From positions 13,020,001-13,084,000 of the forward strand of contig CP075495.1 of NCBI GenBank assembly GCA_021613535.1: DNA of 64,000 nucleotides. Direction: 5' to 3'. Both the position numbers and the translations under genes were made by a program. This DNA comes from Adineta vaga. Taxonomy: Eukaryota > Animalia > Rotifera. Under the pieces are notes generated by a model, which worked only from the letters and a program-made list of their open reading frames with translations, was not told the DNA's origin and did no database searches. This document shows, in pieces, positions 42,201 through 56,042 of the stretch; within the stretch, counting starts at the first letter, position 1, and each line of letters opens with the position of its first letter.

Positions 42201-42849
42201 TTAACACTTGACAATTAAAAATGAATGTTCTAGGCTTCAAACCAGTCAAGTGTTAGTTCGACTTTCAAGATAGAACGGCATCACTGTTCAATTTTATAGA
42301 CAAAAAAAAGCCTAGACTGTCTACTCAGCATGTTGTTTTCTTTTTATCAACATTTGCAACCATAGAGAGATGGTTTTAATACGAAATGAAACAAAGATGA
42401 AGAAGTAAGAGAAAGAGAGAGAGAAAGAGACAGAGAAGAAGAAAAAACTGATTCTTTTACTTCGGTAGGTGTCCTGATCACACAATATATATATATACAT
42501 TTTTTCTTTGTTAGTATACCTAGCGAAGTGAGGCGATTTGAAACGTATAACCCCATTTTAAAGAAAATAAGAGAATAAGAAGATGATCCAAAACTGTAAA
42601 TTTTCACTGCCGGTCAAATAGAGCACTTGAATTTTTTTTGCTATTTCTTTACTTACCGTATGTATATTCAAGGTACCATTATTCATCACCTGCTGTTGAT
42701 GTACATATAATATATAAAACACGTCAAAATTACATAATCGTTTCAATTTGATTTTGCGATTTGAACTCGTCATCTTCTTTTTCGCTCTTCCTCTCTCTCT
42801 CTGCTTCATTTTTTACCAGCATATAAAGCATTTATTCAACTACATTCAA

Positions 42850-43898
42850 ATGACAACACATGCAACAATGTCGTTTGATAGTCATCCTCGTCATACATTA
42901 TACAGTAATCGAACTTATGCTTGTACGACAACAACAACATCCCCATCACATCCATCTACTATTAATCAACCATTTCAATCCTATTTAAAAACATTACCAA
43001 CAATCAATATATGCGAAAATCGTTTATATGATGTAACTGTAGCAGGTGATGTTGGATCAGCAACATCATCATCATATATTAATAGTAGTGAACATTATGA
43101 TAATACATACATAAATACGTATGATAATCCAATACAATATTTTGAAAATGTAAGTTAATCATTATGAACGAATAAGATGACGAGAAGTTTTCATTTCTTT
43201 CTTTCTTTTTGGGAAATATTTAGTATCCATCAAAAACAATTGATATTGTTAATAGTAGTTTAAATGATCTTCCACATTCAAATGAGAATTTTTATGATCA
43301 TGCTGGCGGAGATGATAATGTTAATGGTTCATCAAATAGTTCTCGTAGTACATCACCTGTTCTATTTTATTTGGAAAATAAAAATTTAGCAATATGTGCA
43401 TGTATTATATCATTTCTTTTGTTATTACTTATTGGTTTAGGAATTTTTCTATTAAATAAATTAATCCGTCCTGTTATTATTAATACGACTGTGAACAATC
43501 ATTATGGTATCTTGAATATGACAAATACAACTACCACATCAACAACAACGATATTATCAACAAGACCGACGCCATTTGTTATGCCATTAAGAAGATCCTC
43601 GACAGATATATTAACAACGAGTAGCAATACATTATTAATAGATGATTATCCATTATCATGTCCGCCGAATCGTTGGGGAAAAACATGTGAACATATTTGT
43701 AAGCCATGTGGTCTCGGTATGTGTCAAATGACAACCGGCAAATGTATTTGTCCAGCAGAAGTTTATGGGGAATTTTGTGATCTATGGACAAGTAAATAAA
43801 AAAATTTAATTGTTGTTTTTACCAATTGAATGTTTTATTCATTTTTCTCGTTTATTTTAGTTAATGACAAACCAAAACGTGGCGATATGAGGAGATGA
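42850..43898 (+). CDS. Type II single-pass membrane protein: Tyr-rich cytoplasmic N-terminus, TM, Thr-rich stalk, EGF-like module, probable C-terminal RGD
   Basis: Introns 43150-43223 and 43792-43860; TM LAICACIISFLLLLLIGLGIFLL; CPPNRWGKTC..C..C..C..GKCICP..YGEFC; last exon reads INDKPKRGDMRR*. Confidence 0.75.
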
Positions 43899-44752
43899 CA
43901 ACTAGTTTTGTTTTTTGTTAATGTATATATATTTTTCAAAGAGCTTATTTGTTTGTGTGTATGTGAAAGAATGAATAATTTTATTCGATAAGAAAAGAAA
44001 AACCATACCGGATGTGAACGGAAGGTATCGCACAATTACAATAATAACTTTTCAAAGCTTTAATAGAAATCATTATACATACATTTGATTTAATTATTTC
44101 TTTATTGTTCTCTTCACCTATATGGGACGTATTCGAAAGAAAGTAAAGCCATGAACATTGATCAAGTATTCATGAATACATATCTCGGATTTGTTCATTC
44201 AATATAAATATGAACTTGTATATCAAATCGTTTAAATCTTCAATGATTTTGATTAGTCATAGATAACCTATGAAAAAAGAAAAGCTATTGTTTCGAAAAG
44301 AAGTTTTTCTGTTTTGTCATTTATAATTATTCGCACGATAACTTATGAGATTCAATTGAGTGATTTGTTTTAGATCGAGGAGAAAAAACAACGTCAGGAA
44401 TGACCTTCTCCTCTTTGTAAATTGATTCGCTTGAATGACGAAGAAGTAGAGAAAAAAAAATGACAGAACATGTACGAAGCTAGTCAATATTTTGAATATT
44501 TATCGATATGATGATGTATAAAGAATTGCATATTTTGTTATCAACTGTCTCATTTCATATACTTTCACAATAATTAATAGAACAATAACCTTGTAACCGG
44601 AAGGTTTTTATACGTAATTTTTATTCTATGTTTACGTGTTAACATCTATAAACGTTCTTTTTATAATAGTTCTGTTTTGTATCATAACCAGACAAATAGT
44701 TAAATATTCTATAAAGAAGAAAAACAAAAGTAAATTCTTCTTTGCTTTCTCA

Positions 44753-45743
44753 ATGACTGGCCGTCATATTTCTATTAGTGGAATTCCCTATAAAGTTGAA
44801 GAAGAGATAGGTCATGGTCTTCATAGTGTTGTCTATGGTGCACGTGATCTTCGTGATGGACAATCAGTTGCGATTAAAATAGTAAATTTTGTTCCTGGTT
44901 TTGTTGGAGCAAAAGTTGATACAGAATCTCGACGACATTCCTATTGGAAAGAAGTCGAATTACTTTCGTATCTACAAACTTTAAATCCATATACGATACG
45001 TTTATTTAATTATGATTATAATGATTATTATGGAATGATTGTTATGGAACGTGGCGGAACATTTCGTGATACGTTAATTGATTATCTTATGAGTGGAAGA
45101 ACTATGTCAGTGCCAACAATTCAAAAATTTTGGTCACAAATGGTAGATGCTATTCATCATCTACATCGAATTGGTATCGTTCATGGTGATTGTAAACCTG
45201 AAAATTTTATTCAAGTTGGGAAAGATGGAACATCATTAAGGCTTATTGATATGGGAATAAGTTTTGAACTACCACCTTTCACTACAAGTCGTTTGCATAC
45301 TGCTGCTGGTACACCAGGTAATTATTATTTTGAAAAAATATCTTGCGTCCGATGTGAATTGTTTGTACTTCGGTTTTTTTTTTGAAAGAAAGAATAAGCT
45401 GATATTTTTCTTATCTTCTTTTCAAATAGATTATGTTTCTCCGGAAATGGTCTACTCATGCGGTGTTCTGGGCGATCAAGCTAAATTTGGTTATAAAGCC
45501 GATATTTGGGCACTGGGTGTTATTTTATTTGAAATGGCATTCGGTTATCGACCTTTACAAGTTTTAGGTAGTAGTGAAAGGAAAATAAATTTTTTAGGAC
45601 AATTACATCGTGATATCGAAATACCTGAGCATCCTGACAAAGATTTACGTGATATACTTAGACGTTGTTTACGTTCAAATCATCGTCGACGTCCGAATAG
45701 CGAACAACTCTTAAACCATCCATTTTTAACACGATCTCGTTAA
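44753..45743 (+). CDS. Kinase-domain-only Mps1/TTK-like protein kinase (copy 1), one intron 45318-45429
   Basis: GHGLHSVVY, VAIK, IVHGDCKPENF, LRLIDMGIS, GTP|DYVSPE, YKADIWALG, LLNHPF. Confidence 0.85.
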
Positions 45744-45753
45744 TATTCCAATC

Positions 45754-45754
<1 letters not shown>

Positions 45755-45784
<30 letters not shown>
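45755..45784. repeat. (TAT)n microsatellite
   Basis: Seen directly just after the kinase stop codon. Confidence 0.85.
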
Positions 45785-45786
<2 letters not shown>

Positions 45787-46324
45787 AAGGAAAAAAAGAA
45801 TGCATTTCTTTTTTTTCTCATTTCATTTTCTCATCTATTTTATTTTCTCATCGTTTGTTTTTTTTTCTTAATTTATATTGTCATTATTTCGAGTATTCGA
45901 TCTGCATACTCTAACTAACTGACTCATCATAGATTGATATATATGCACCATATACATCGATGTACTCGAGAGGATGATGTAATAAATGTGAAGCAAATAT
46001 AGCACACCTATATAAAAAAAAACGAAGAAGCAGAAAGAGAAAGCTTCAATTGAATATTGCTTTGCTTCTCGATTTATTTCTTCCTTTGTTCAGCATTGCT
46101 CTATTACCAATTGTCTATTCTCTTTTTCTTTTTTACATACGTATAAAAATACAATTGAACCGCATCCGTATATATATATCTCACTTTTTCGTCTATTACA
46201 TAGCGTATGTATTTTGTATGAATGGTTGACGAAGTTGTTCTCTTCTTTTTTCAGTACATATATGTTTGAATGACAAAGTGGCTATCGTAATATTTTTGAC
46301 AAAAAAAAAACGTAGAATTTAATC

Positions 46325-47262
46325 ATGGGTGATATCATATTACCAGGACGTCGTTTACATTTGAAACATGGATTATATACCGTTGATGGTATGCTCGGTT
46401 TTGGTCTTCATTCAAAAGTCTATTCAGCACATGATACAAGTTGTAATCGATCAATTGCTTTAAAAATAATTGATTTAGAACATCAAAATGTTACTGTTCG
46501 CGCATCCACAATATCACGACGACAAAGTTTTCAAAAAGAATTACAATATTTATTACGTTTACAACGTGTTAATCCATATATTGTTCGTATTTATGATTAT
46601 GATATACAAAATTCCGGTGTTATTGCTATGGAACAAGGTACACCACTTCGATATTTTTTACCGAAATATCCTAATCCACCTGGTCCACACTTATCACCAC
46701 AATCTGTACATCTTTTTTGGCGTCAACTTGTTGATGGTGTCAGATTTTTACATCGAGCACGTATTGTACATTCCGATCTGAAACCAGAAAACCTTATTGT
46801 TTTACCAAATGGACAAGTACGAATTATTGATTTAGGTATGATAAATAGAAATAAGTTTCTTTTTCTATTCACAATTTCTATACAATTCTAGGTATTTCTT
46901 TTACATTACCGCGTATGGTTACTTCAAAAAGACGTATCTGGGCTGGTACACCTGATTATAGTGCACCAGAAATGCATAAATCATCGCCAGGACTTCCACC
47001 AAAATATGGTTATAAAAGTGATATTTGGTCTTTAGGTATACTTCTCCATGAAATGGCTACTGGTTTTCGACCATTATACGCATTGAATAGCAATTATGAA
47101 AAAATTCATTATTTAAAACATTTACATGATGATCTTCCTCTTGATGAAACTGCCTCGCCAAGTGTTCAAAATATGATGAGACAATGTTTACGGCTGCTTC
47201 CCAAACATCGACCAACAGCAGAACAACTTTCTTTACATCACTATGTTGTACATGGATATTGA
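46325..47262 (+). CDS. Kinase-domain-only Mps1/TTK-like protein kinase (copy 2), one intron 46836-46891
   Basis: GFGLHSKVY, IALK, IVHSDLKPEN, IIDL|GIS, GTPDYSAPE, YKSDIWSLG. Confidence 0.85.
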
Positions 47263-48222
47263 AAGAAGAAGAAGAAGAAGAAAAAAAACACTTGTATGCG
47301 TTTATTTAACAGTATTAGAAAAGACTGTTGATAGCTGATGATAAAATCTATGAGTAAATAATGTCAATAGACAATGAAATTTCACTATTGATGACAGATG
47401 ATAGAAAAATTTTCGTCTCAATACAAAATGAACATATTTCAAGATGATAAATGTCGATAATTATAGTACATATAATTGTAAAGGACAAAAGAAAACAATC
47501 GAAAATCCGTGGATATTTCCTATCATTACTTAATAATAGAACAGTATTTGCATACATTTTCATTTAGACACATATTCTTCGTCATATAAGTAACTCAATG
47601 GGAAAAAAACCGTTTTTCATATCAGAGTCGAATCAATTCTTCCGATAAATTCATTAGTATTATCCAAACATTCCTTTTTTTAATAAACAGAACAAGAAAA
47701 AAATTCGTGCAGCTAACCAATACACACACGCACACACAAAAATATACATAGAATTGCGAGCAATAGTACAAAGAACAAAAGAAAATATATGAGCATTCAT
47801 AGCACAAAAAGAAAACCAGATAAGATATTTATCCTTTTCTTTCATAAACAAGATAAACACATAAGAAGAAGAAGAAGAGAAAAAAATATATATGAAATTT
47901 TGATTTTTCTATATAGAATATCATTCGATAATAAAACGCACACACATCAAAGTTTGAGTAAGAAATTCAATTGTACAGAAAAATAAAATAAAGTACAATT
48001 GACTTTCATTCAGTTATGAAATGAAAAGAAGAAAAATAAACAATTTTCATTACAATATAATCAATTTTGTTTTTTTTGTAAAGAAGAAAAATAACTGCTA
48101 GCCGGTGATTAGAATCGACTAGAGACAGTATGACAAGATAAACAGAAGAATATAGGATAAATTCGCATTGATATACTTGCTATCACAAACGACAAACAAA
48201 AAATTTGAGTGAACATAATATA

Positions 48223-51200
48223 TTATACACCACTATGAAAATTGATGTAATTCTCAGGTATTAAACCAGTTTTTCCATTGATTGTACCCATAACCTAAAC
48301 ATACAGAGAGAATTTATGCTTTAAATTTACAAGAAATATTTACCCATCCTGGTTCTTTTGATGGTCGAACTAAATAAGAATAGAGAATTTGATGAGCAAA
48401 ATCTTTTTAACAAAGAAAAATGTTACCTTGAGTTACAATTTCATTTGCATTGAATGATAATTCCGAATCATTATCAGCTAAACATTGATATAACGTCACA
48501 CCACGATTTTGTCTAAATTGAAATGAAATCAATTTTTTTCATACGAACAGCAATAATTAGTTTATAAACTAACATTTTTGATGGTACATTCGTAGTTTGT
48601 GGTATTGGTGTTGTTCTTAATGATGAAGATGCACTATTAATCGGTTCAAATTTCGCTGATGATAGACTATTAGTCATCGATAAACGATTTGCATTTTCAG
48701 TTGACGTTTGTCTTGGATATGATGATGATGTTGAGCGTGCTTGACTACTGAATAAATTGGAACTTTGCACTGAATGAACACCGGCAGATGATGTATTACT
48801 TAATGATTCTAAACTACTACTGGAACTAGCTAGAAAGAGAAATACAACAAATTATCGTTCATATTCACTAATTTGTTATATCGATAGATATTTATCATTA
48901 GATCAAAGAGTATTACATTAAGTCATCTTTGGATGACTAATAATAACAAACGATTAGTATGTTATATAATCAAGGAGATATCTATCAATTATCTCATAGT
49001 AACGAACGAATAAATAAATCAATCTTCTTAATTCATTTCAATTTTCAAAGATAACTTACAATCTTTTCTCGTAATATCTTCGACTGCTGGTGTATATAGA
49101 TTTTTATTTGTTAAATTTACATTATAATCAGCATTACATAAACCACGTCGACGAGTATCAGTTGTTGTTTCAAGATTTTCATCTGTTGCTGTTGGTGCTC
49201 TTCTAGTAATTGACTGAGAAAGAAAGAAAAAACACAGTAAATTCATTTCCTAATAGATCATTTTCTTCTTACTGCTAATGATGATAATGAATTACTCAGA
49301 TTAACCACAGCATGTTCTCCATTTTCATTTGTTCCAACCATTTCATCAATATCTTGTTGTTCAAGTTTAGATTTAAACATTTTTTCACAATGGATGATAA
49401 TTAATTCAACAATTGCATTACGAAATTTAATATCATATATTGATGAAACAGTTTCAACTTCAGGTCGAAGTAAAGATGGACCAAAACAAACACCCAAATT
49501 AACAGGTGTCATCAGATTTTTATCATTATGTTTCGATACACTACAAACAATTTTCAAATCTTCTTTTATTCGTGTAAAGAGACAACTTACTTATTTAAAT
49601 GTATCATAAGAATGTGTAGAAGATCATAATTTGCTTTTGGTAATTCTTTTAATAAACTATGAAGTGTTCGAATTCGTTCAGCCTTATCATCAATCACTAC
49701 GAAAACAAATCCAATGATAGAAAAAATAGATCGACAGATCGTTCATTCTTACTTGCTGCTTCAATGAATCGATTATGTAATTTAAATGTGAATATAGGTT
49801 CTTTTAATGTTCGTAAATAAAGTTTAAGTGCCGAACAAACTGTTTTTAATTCTAGATCTTCATCAATTTGTGTGGAAAGTTTTTGTGCAACTGTTTTATG
49901 TGGATCTAAAATAATCTCAATGAAAATCAACGATTTTTCTCTGTATAAACTTTTTGCTTACCAAAATGAATTGCCACAACAGAATTTACTTTCGATTGCA
50001 TACCAACAATACGATAAAGACCTTGTTCATGTAAACCACGACGTTCAACAATATGAATACATTTTTTAATAAAATCAATTCCAGATTCATCCAACTCATC
50101 TAATTTAAATGATATATAATGATTATTCTTTTTTTTTTTGAAAATAAATACTTTGCATTTCAGTTTTTGATGATATTTGTGGCCGAGAAATACTAATTTG
50201 TCCTTCCATAACTGATACCCATCCTTCCCAATCTTCTTCATTCGTTGATTGAAATGTAAAAACAATCATTTTATCGGATGATGCACCTTTTTCAATAGCA
50301 TGTATGTCAAACATAAATCGTTTATCAAGTTTTTCATCAGCTGGATGAATTACACAATGACGTACAAATACATCGTATGGACTTAACTAAAACAAACCAA
50401 GAAGTAAAATCATCGTGGTTTTCTTTTGGAAATTTTAATCTGTCAAATAAATGTTTCCTAATTGGCATTCGTGATATAAAATGTATCATGATTCTCTCTT
50501 TATGGAATAGTTATTACGTAAGAACAATGGAATTATATAGAATATATATCAATGATGATATTTTCATGTGATATCATTGAGATATGGATAAGAAAAACAA
50601 AGATATTCTGTAAGATTCAAATAACAGACAGACGAGTAGCAGATGGAAAAGTTATCAGTGGTTATTTTAGTTCGGATAATGACGAACAAAGACATAAATC
50701 AATTTCGGTATATATATATATATATATATATATATGACTTCAAGAAATAGATGCAAAGCAAAAACTAGTTTTTTTCATTCCCATTAAATTAAAAGAGAAA
50801 ATGTTATTTATTCGATTGATTTTATCTTTTTCTACTTTGACATTTTCAATGAAGATCATCGTTGTTTTTTCCATCTCGACATATTCTACCTGTTTTGTAC
50901 TTGTTTGCGTATAGTTGATCATTCTCAATAGACGGATATCTTTTCGGTATTGACAATAATATTTCGTTATTGCTGTTGTACCAATCAATTTATCTAAATT
51001 GAAAAAGAAATATTTCAATTCTTGATATTTTTCTATGAACTATTGCTTTACTTCTTTCAATAAGAAATAAATAACCTTCACGATTATATTCTTGATTTCG
51101 AAGTAGATGATCTTCGGGTCTCTAGAAGAAGAAATAGACAAATTTTTACAATATGAAAGTTTCTATTTGGATAATCTTACCATTAACATTTTCCATTTTA

Positions 51201-52413
51201 ATTCTTCACCTTCACGTTGAAAACAATCAAAATTTTCTCGACACTATCAATAGAATTGAATTGATTTCAATTCAAATTTCTTGCTTTTTTTCTTACTTTT
51301 AATACACGATGATGTAAAAATCGGATGAAATAATCAAATTCTTTATAAATTTCTTGTCCTAAATAAAGAATACGATAGTTTTTCACAAAAACAAAATAAA
51401 ACTTTCTATCTCATTTACCAGCATGATAAAATGACAGAAAATTGAGCATCAATGCCAAAAGCTACATGAAAAACAAATGATAAAATATTTTCCGAAACAT
51501 TTCTACAAATTCTGTCTGTACCGTTTCAACAAAATCAAATTTCTTTCTTTCTTGTACTTGTTGTAATAAAAACACATAATCTAATGTTTCTTCACGAAAT
51601 TTTTTCGTTTGAATTTGTAGATTTGCATCCGCCTAGAAGATCTTTTCATGACTATATCCATTCGAATTCGATGGAAATCTTACTTCTTGAAATAGATCTG
51701 CTCGTTTTGTTGGGATTTTCATATTATTTTCAATCATTGCACAATAACGTTGAGTTGTTTTATCGAATTCTTTTTTTTTATTCTAGAAAAAAGAAAAGCT
51801 CAATGTGAAAATTTCTTTCGAAGTATAAAATCATTTCAAACTTTGGCTTTTCCAATTGTTGTTTTACGAAATTCATCCAACTTTTTCAAATAGGTCTCTG
51901 ATGAAGCACTCTGTTGAAATTCAAAAAATAAAAATTCATCGATGACTTTTCATTCCAAAGAACTTACTAATGCATCTCTTGCTTCTTCGATTCGATGTAA
52001 TACTTCACCCATATATGAAAGTGATGATTCTATTGAAATAAGAAATACAGAAGATAATTCGAGGAAAATAAAGATTATCTAACGAACCGATATCTCGTTC
52101 TTCATCTGTTTGTTTACTTCCAACAACAAAAAATTTGAAACTTTTCAATGTTTCTGCAACACTTCGTGATGCTTTTGATAAGGCTAAAAAGCAATAAAGT
52201 TGTTAGTCTAAGTAGAAAATCTATTTAAATGAGAACTACATACTTTTATTTGCAACCATAACTTCATTTAATTTTTTAATTAAAGTTTTTATTGCATTGG
52301 ATGTATTTTCAAGTTCATTTTCATGTTGCCGTAATTTTTCACGAAATTCAGGTGAATCGGTAAGTGCTTCAGTAAATTCAAGTGGTGGTAATTTTAGCAC
52401 CATAGTAATATGT
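48223..52413 (-). CDS. GRAF/oligophrenin-family RhoGAP (BAR-PH-RhoGAP-SH3); multi-exon
   Basis: MVLKLPPLEFTEALTDSPEFRE (GRAF BAR start), KKFDFVE, PH (DKRLCFDI), GLYRIVG Arg finger, NLMTPVNLGVCFGPSLLR, SH3 (DNDSELSF, EPGW, GLIPENY). Confidence 0.93.
50708..50734. repeat. (TA)n microsatellite in a RhoGAP intron
   Basis: Seen directly. Confidence 0.85.
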
Positions 52414-54402
52414 AAATAGATATCGAAATAATTGTTTCAAACAGAAAAAAACAATCTTAGAAAATAAATAGAAACAAGATGCGAAATAATAATAAAAATA
52501 ATAATAATAATATATAAAAAAAAAAGAAAATAGGAAAAGAGTTACAAATATGATTGTTATGTTCTTTTTCTCACGTTTCTCTATGCATACTGACATCCCG
52601 CAAGAAAAAGAATCTTTGTGTAGGTTGCGTACATTCAATGTCTATACAATAGAGGATAGGGTTAGCAAAAGTCGAAAGGAAAGAAGAGAAGGAATTGCTG
52701 TCTTTCTCTCTCTCCATTCCTCTCTCTCTCTCTTCGCTTTTATACAACGCTGTAACTCGTCTTTGTCTAGTAACAACTATTACTTATATTTACGTTATCA
52801 TAGGCCCCGTTTAACTCTCGTCTGCCCGATTGCAAAATGAAGAAAAGAACAAATGGCACAGTAGTCGTTGTGTGTGCATGTAGTAATTATGGACAACAAG
52901 TCGCTTGTTGCTATCCTATGACGATCACCTCTTTCTCTCTAGCTGTTTCTTAACACACAAAATATACACACACTAGCATCATTGCATACCGAACTGTGCG
53001 TTTCAGATGGCATCGTATCTTAGTTATGCTTGTCTTAGGCTTACTTTAATCGACATATCATGTTGATTCCAAGCACACACATATATACACACACACACAT
53101 CCAAAATGATTATTAGACGATGGGTAATACTAGCGAAAGAAAGAGAGCAAGAGAGAAAGAAACTTCTACTTCTATTGCGATTTGTGCTGACGTCAAAGAT
53201 GGCCTCGGTGTGCGGGTTGGACGCGCACGATCTGTCTGCTGTTTATATCTTAAGATGGCAAGGCCACCCGGACTATTAGACAAATTCTCACGACTATCAT
53301 CAATTGGGATCGACATAAATAGATAGTTTCTTCTCGATAAATTTGTTTTTTTGCAATAAGATACAGAATACTGTCATATGTAGCTAATCGAATTGTTTAC
53401 TTATCTTGACCATATATATTAAAGTACAATTTACACATATCAATCGTTAATCTGAACTTTTTGTTCTTCTCTATCTCTATCTAAACATTCTCGTCAGTCG
53501 AGAATTAAGTGATGATGACAATGTATTTAACTTGCTAAACTGTATCAATTCATCTAAAATAATGTTATGTCAGAAAAAGACAAAGCACGAAAAGTGATGA
53601 TAAAAATACGCATCAGACAATCTCTTTCTTTTCTCTATCTACATCAATACATACACACATATATATGCATATATATATTTATTTGTGTGTGTATGTTATC
53701 ATAACGAATGAAACTATTGGCAGCAATACCGTTACTCATCTGCTTGTCATAGATACATAATGAAGAAAAAGACTACGAAGAAAGAAAAAACAAGAAAAAA
53801 GAGAAAACATCATATAAATCAAATCAATACAATTAAATCTAATTTTGATTAGTTTATCATTGTGATAAATCTCTCTCTAGAATATAATCATGACATAATT
53901 ATCTTTTTCCCCAGTAAAATTTCATTGATAAGAACAATGAAATAAAACTGTTAATCATTTTATTTGTTGAAACAATTAAAATAATCATGGCGAGTCAAGT
54001 ATGTTGTCGCGTACGAAAGAACAAAAAACCAAAAGTTGATTAAAATAGTGATGATTCATCTTTTATAGTTCCTGTAAAGAATTCCATCAACCAATCAGAT
54101 GAATTGTTATATAATTGAAAAAATTTCGAAAAATAATTTATATATTTAGTTAGAAAATTTCATAGAAAGCTTTCGAAAAATTCAATGAAGATAATTATTC
54201 CATGTAAATACTTGAAATCTTGATAAAACATTTCGTTTTGATTGGAGGATCAATCAACATCATTTTACCGTTGCCTATTCTTCATTTATAAACATATCCT
54301 ATACAAGATTATCATATTCATGTTATTTAAATTTTCTTTTCATATTCAATACTTATTTCATATTGGAACTTTTCTTTTCTAGAGAAAACAAAAACTTCGG
54401 TC

Positions 54403-55599
54403 ATGTCAACTCCTTCGGCTAAGACTGCATCAGCAGGTGCCAAAGCAAAAACAACGACTACGACCACTACTGTCGTTAAAACAATAACTGCTACAACAAA
54501 AGCAGCACAACCACAACAAAAATTGGCTAGTACACTTGGTGCAGGTTCTAAAGTTAAAAAACCGAAAATTACCGCTAGTGGTAAAAAGGTTATCAATTCT
54601 CATTCTAATCGTTCATTGAATACCAATGGTTTAATGCGGTTTTCTCGCGGTCGAATGTTTCATCGACGTGCATTATATCGTATTAATAAATGGAAAGGTG
54701 ATCAAGCAAAATTGCAAGGAGATAAAACGAAAAAAACTGCTGGTAGTATTCAAAAGAAAACACAACGTAAACCAGCTTTAACAATGAAAACAGTTGGTGG
54801 CGATCGTAATGGTAAACAACGTCTCGTACGAGCAAAACGATTTGTAAGAACTAAAGAATTTCTTTTCGAATTTGTATAATGTGTGATTTTAATTTAGCCA
54901 CGTTATTATCCAACAGAAGAACGACCTAAAAAATTCAGTGCCAAACGAAAACGATTCGGTGATCATCCACGTCGTTTTCGAGCAACAGTTGCACCTGGTA
55001 CAGTAGTCATTCTTGTTGCTGGTAAACACGCTGGAAAAGTAAGAGAAGATATTTCTTTGCTCGGGTTTTTTCGTTTATCGATTAGTTTTCTAGCGTGCTG
55101 TAGTTGTTAAACATTTATCATCGGGACTTTTATTAGTTACTGGTAATGTTCATTTTGATTTTGAAATTGAATTCATGAAGATTTTGTTTTCATTCAATAT
55201 TTAGGTCCACATAAATTAAATGGTGTACCATTACGTCGTGTAAATCAAATTTATGTTATTGGAACAAGTACAAAACTTGATTTAACATCAGTCAAAGTCG
55301 ATAATTTAGATGATAAATTCTTCAAACGTGTTCGTGTTGCAAAGAAAAATGCTGACAAAGATATTTTTGATTCGAAGAAAGAGGTAAAATTATCACAAAT
55401 CATCTATTTAGATTTAAATACGAATGATTCCATTTAGAAAACTCAACTTAGTGATGAACGTCGTCAAGCACAACGTAGTATCGACACTGCCATTCTTAGT
55501 GCGATTAAAGCTCATACAGATTCACGTCTTCTTCGTCATTATCTTAAGAGTCGTTTTCAACTATGGAATGGTGTTTTACCACATAAGTTGAAATTTTAA
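54403..55599 (+). CDS. RPL6: 60S ribosomal protein L6 (eL6), 5 coding exons
   Basis: RFSRGRMFHRRALY, KTVGGDRNG, PRYYPTE, PGTVVILVAGKHAGKR, GLLLVTGP.KLNGVPLRRVNQ, PHKLKF*. Confidence 0.97.
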
Positions 55600-56042
55600 G
55601 ATTCAAAATTAATCAATATTATTGGTAAAAACAAATCCAACTCTGATTACATACCAACTACGTTTTTCATTTCGTTGTTTTTTGTTTCGATTTCATCAAG
55701 AAAACATATTTTCATTGTTTTTTTCTTCTATTACGAGAAAATATGACAAGAAAAAAAAAGAGATAAAATAAAGAAAACAACATCTAGACTACATTATTCA
55801 AATATATATTTTCACGTGATCGATTTCATTTCTTTTTCTTATCATCAATGATTTTGTTCGACAAAAACAACAGTCGACATACTTCACACATCTAATGGAG
55901 CAAACACTTATAATCCACACTCTGTTTTACTTTCGAACAGAGTTTGATGTCATTTCTCTTTCGATTGAAACGAATGCTAGCATAAAATCCAAGGTGAGAA
56001 GAATAAGTGGATTTGAAATACATTTAAACATAGTCTTCAATC

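Noticed and set aside
39300-42800. Short ORFs or a possible transposon in the long intergenic gap
   Set aside because: No transposase or RT motifs, terminal repeats or target-site duplications seen by eye.
50387-50889. Alternative exon in the ~500-nt RhoGAP PH-domain intron
   Set aside because: Several AG acceptors are present, but I found no convincing donor-paired exon.
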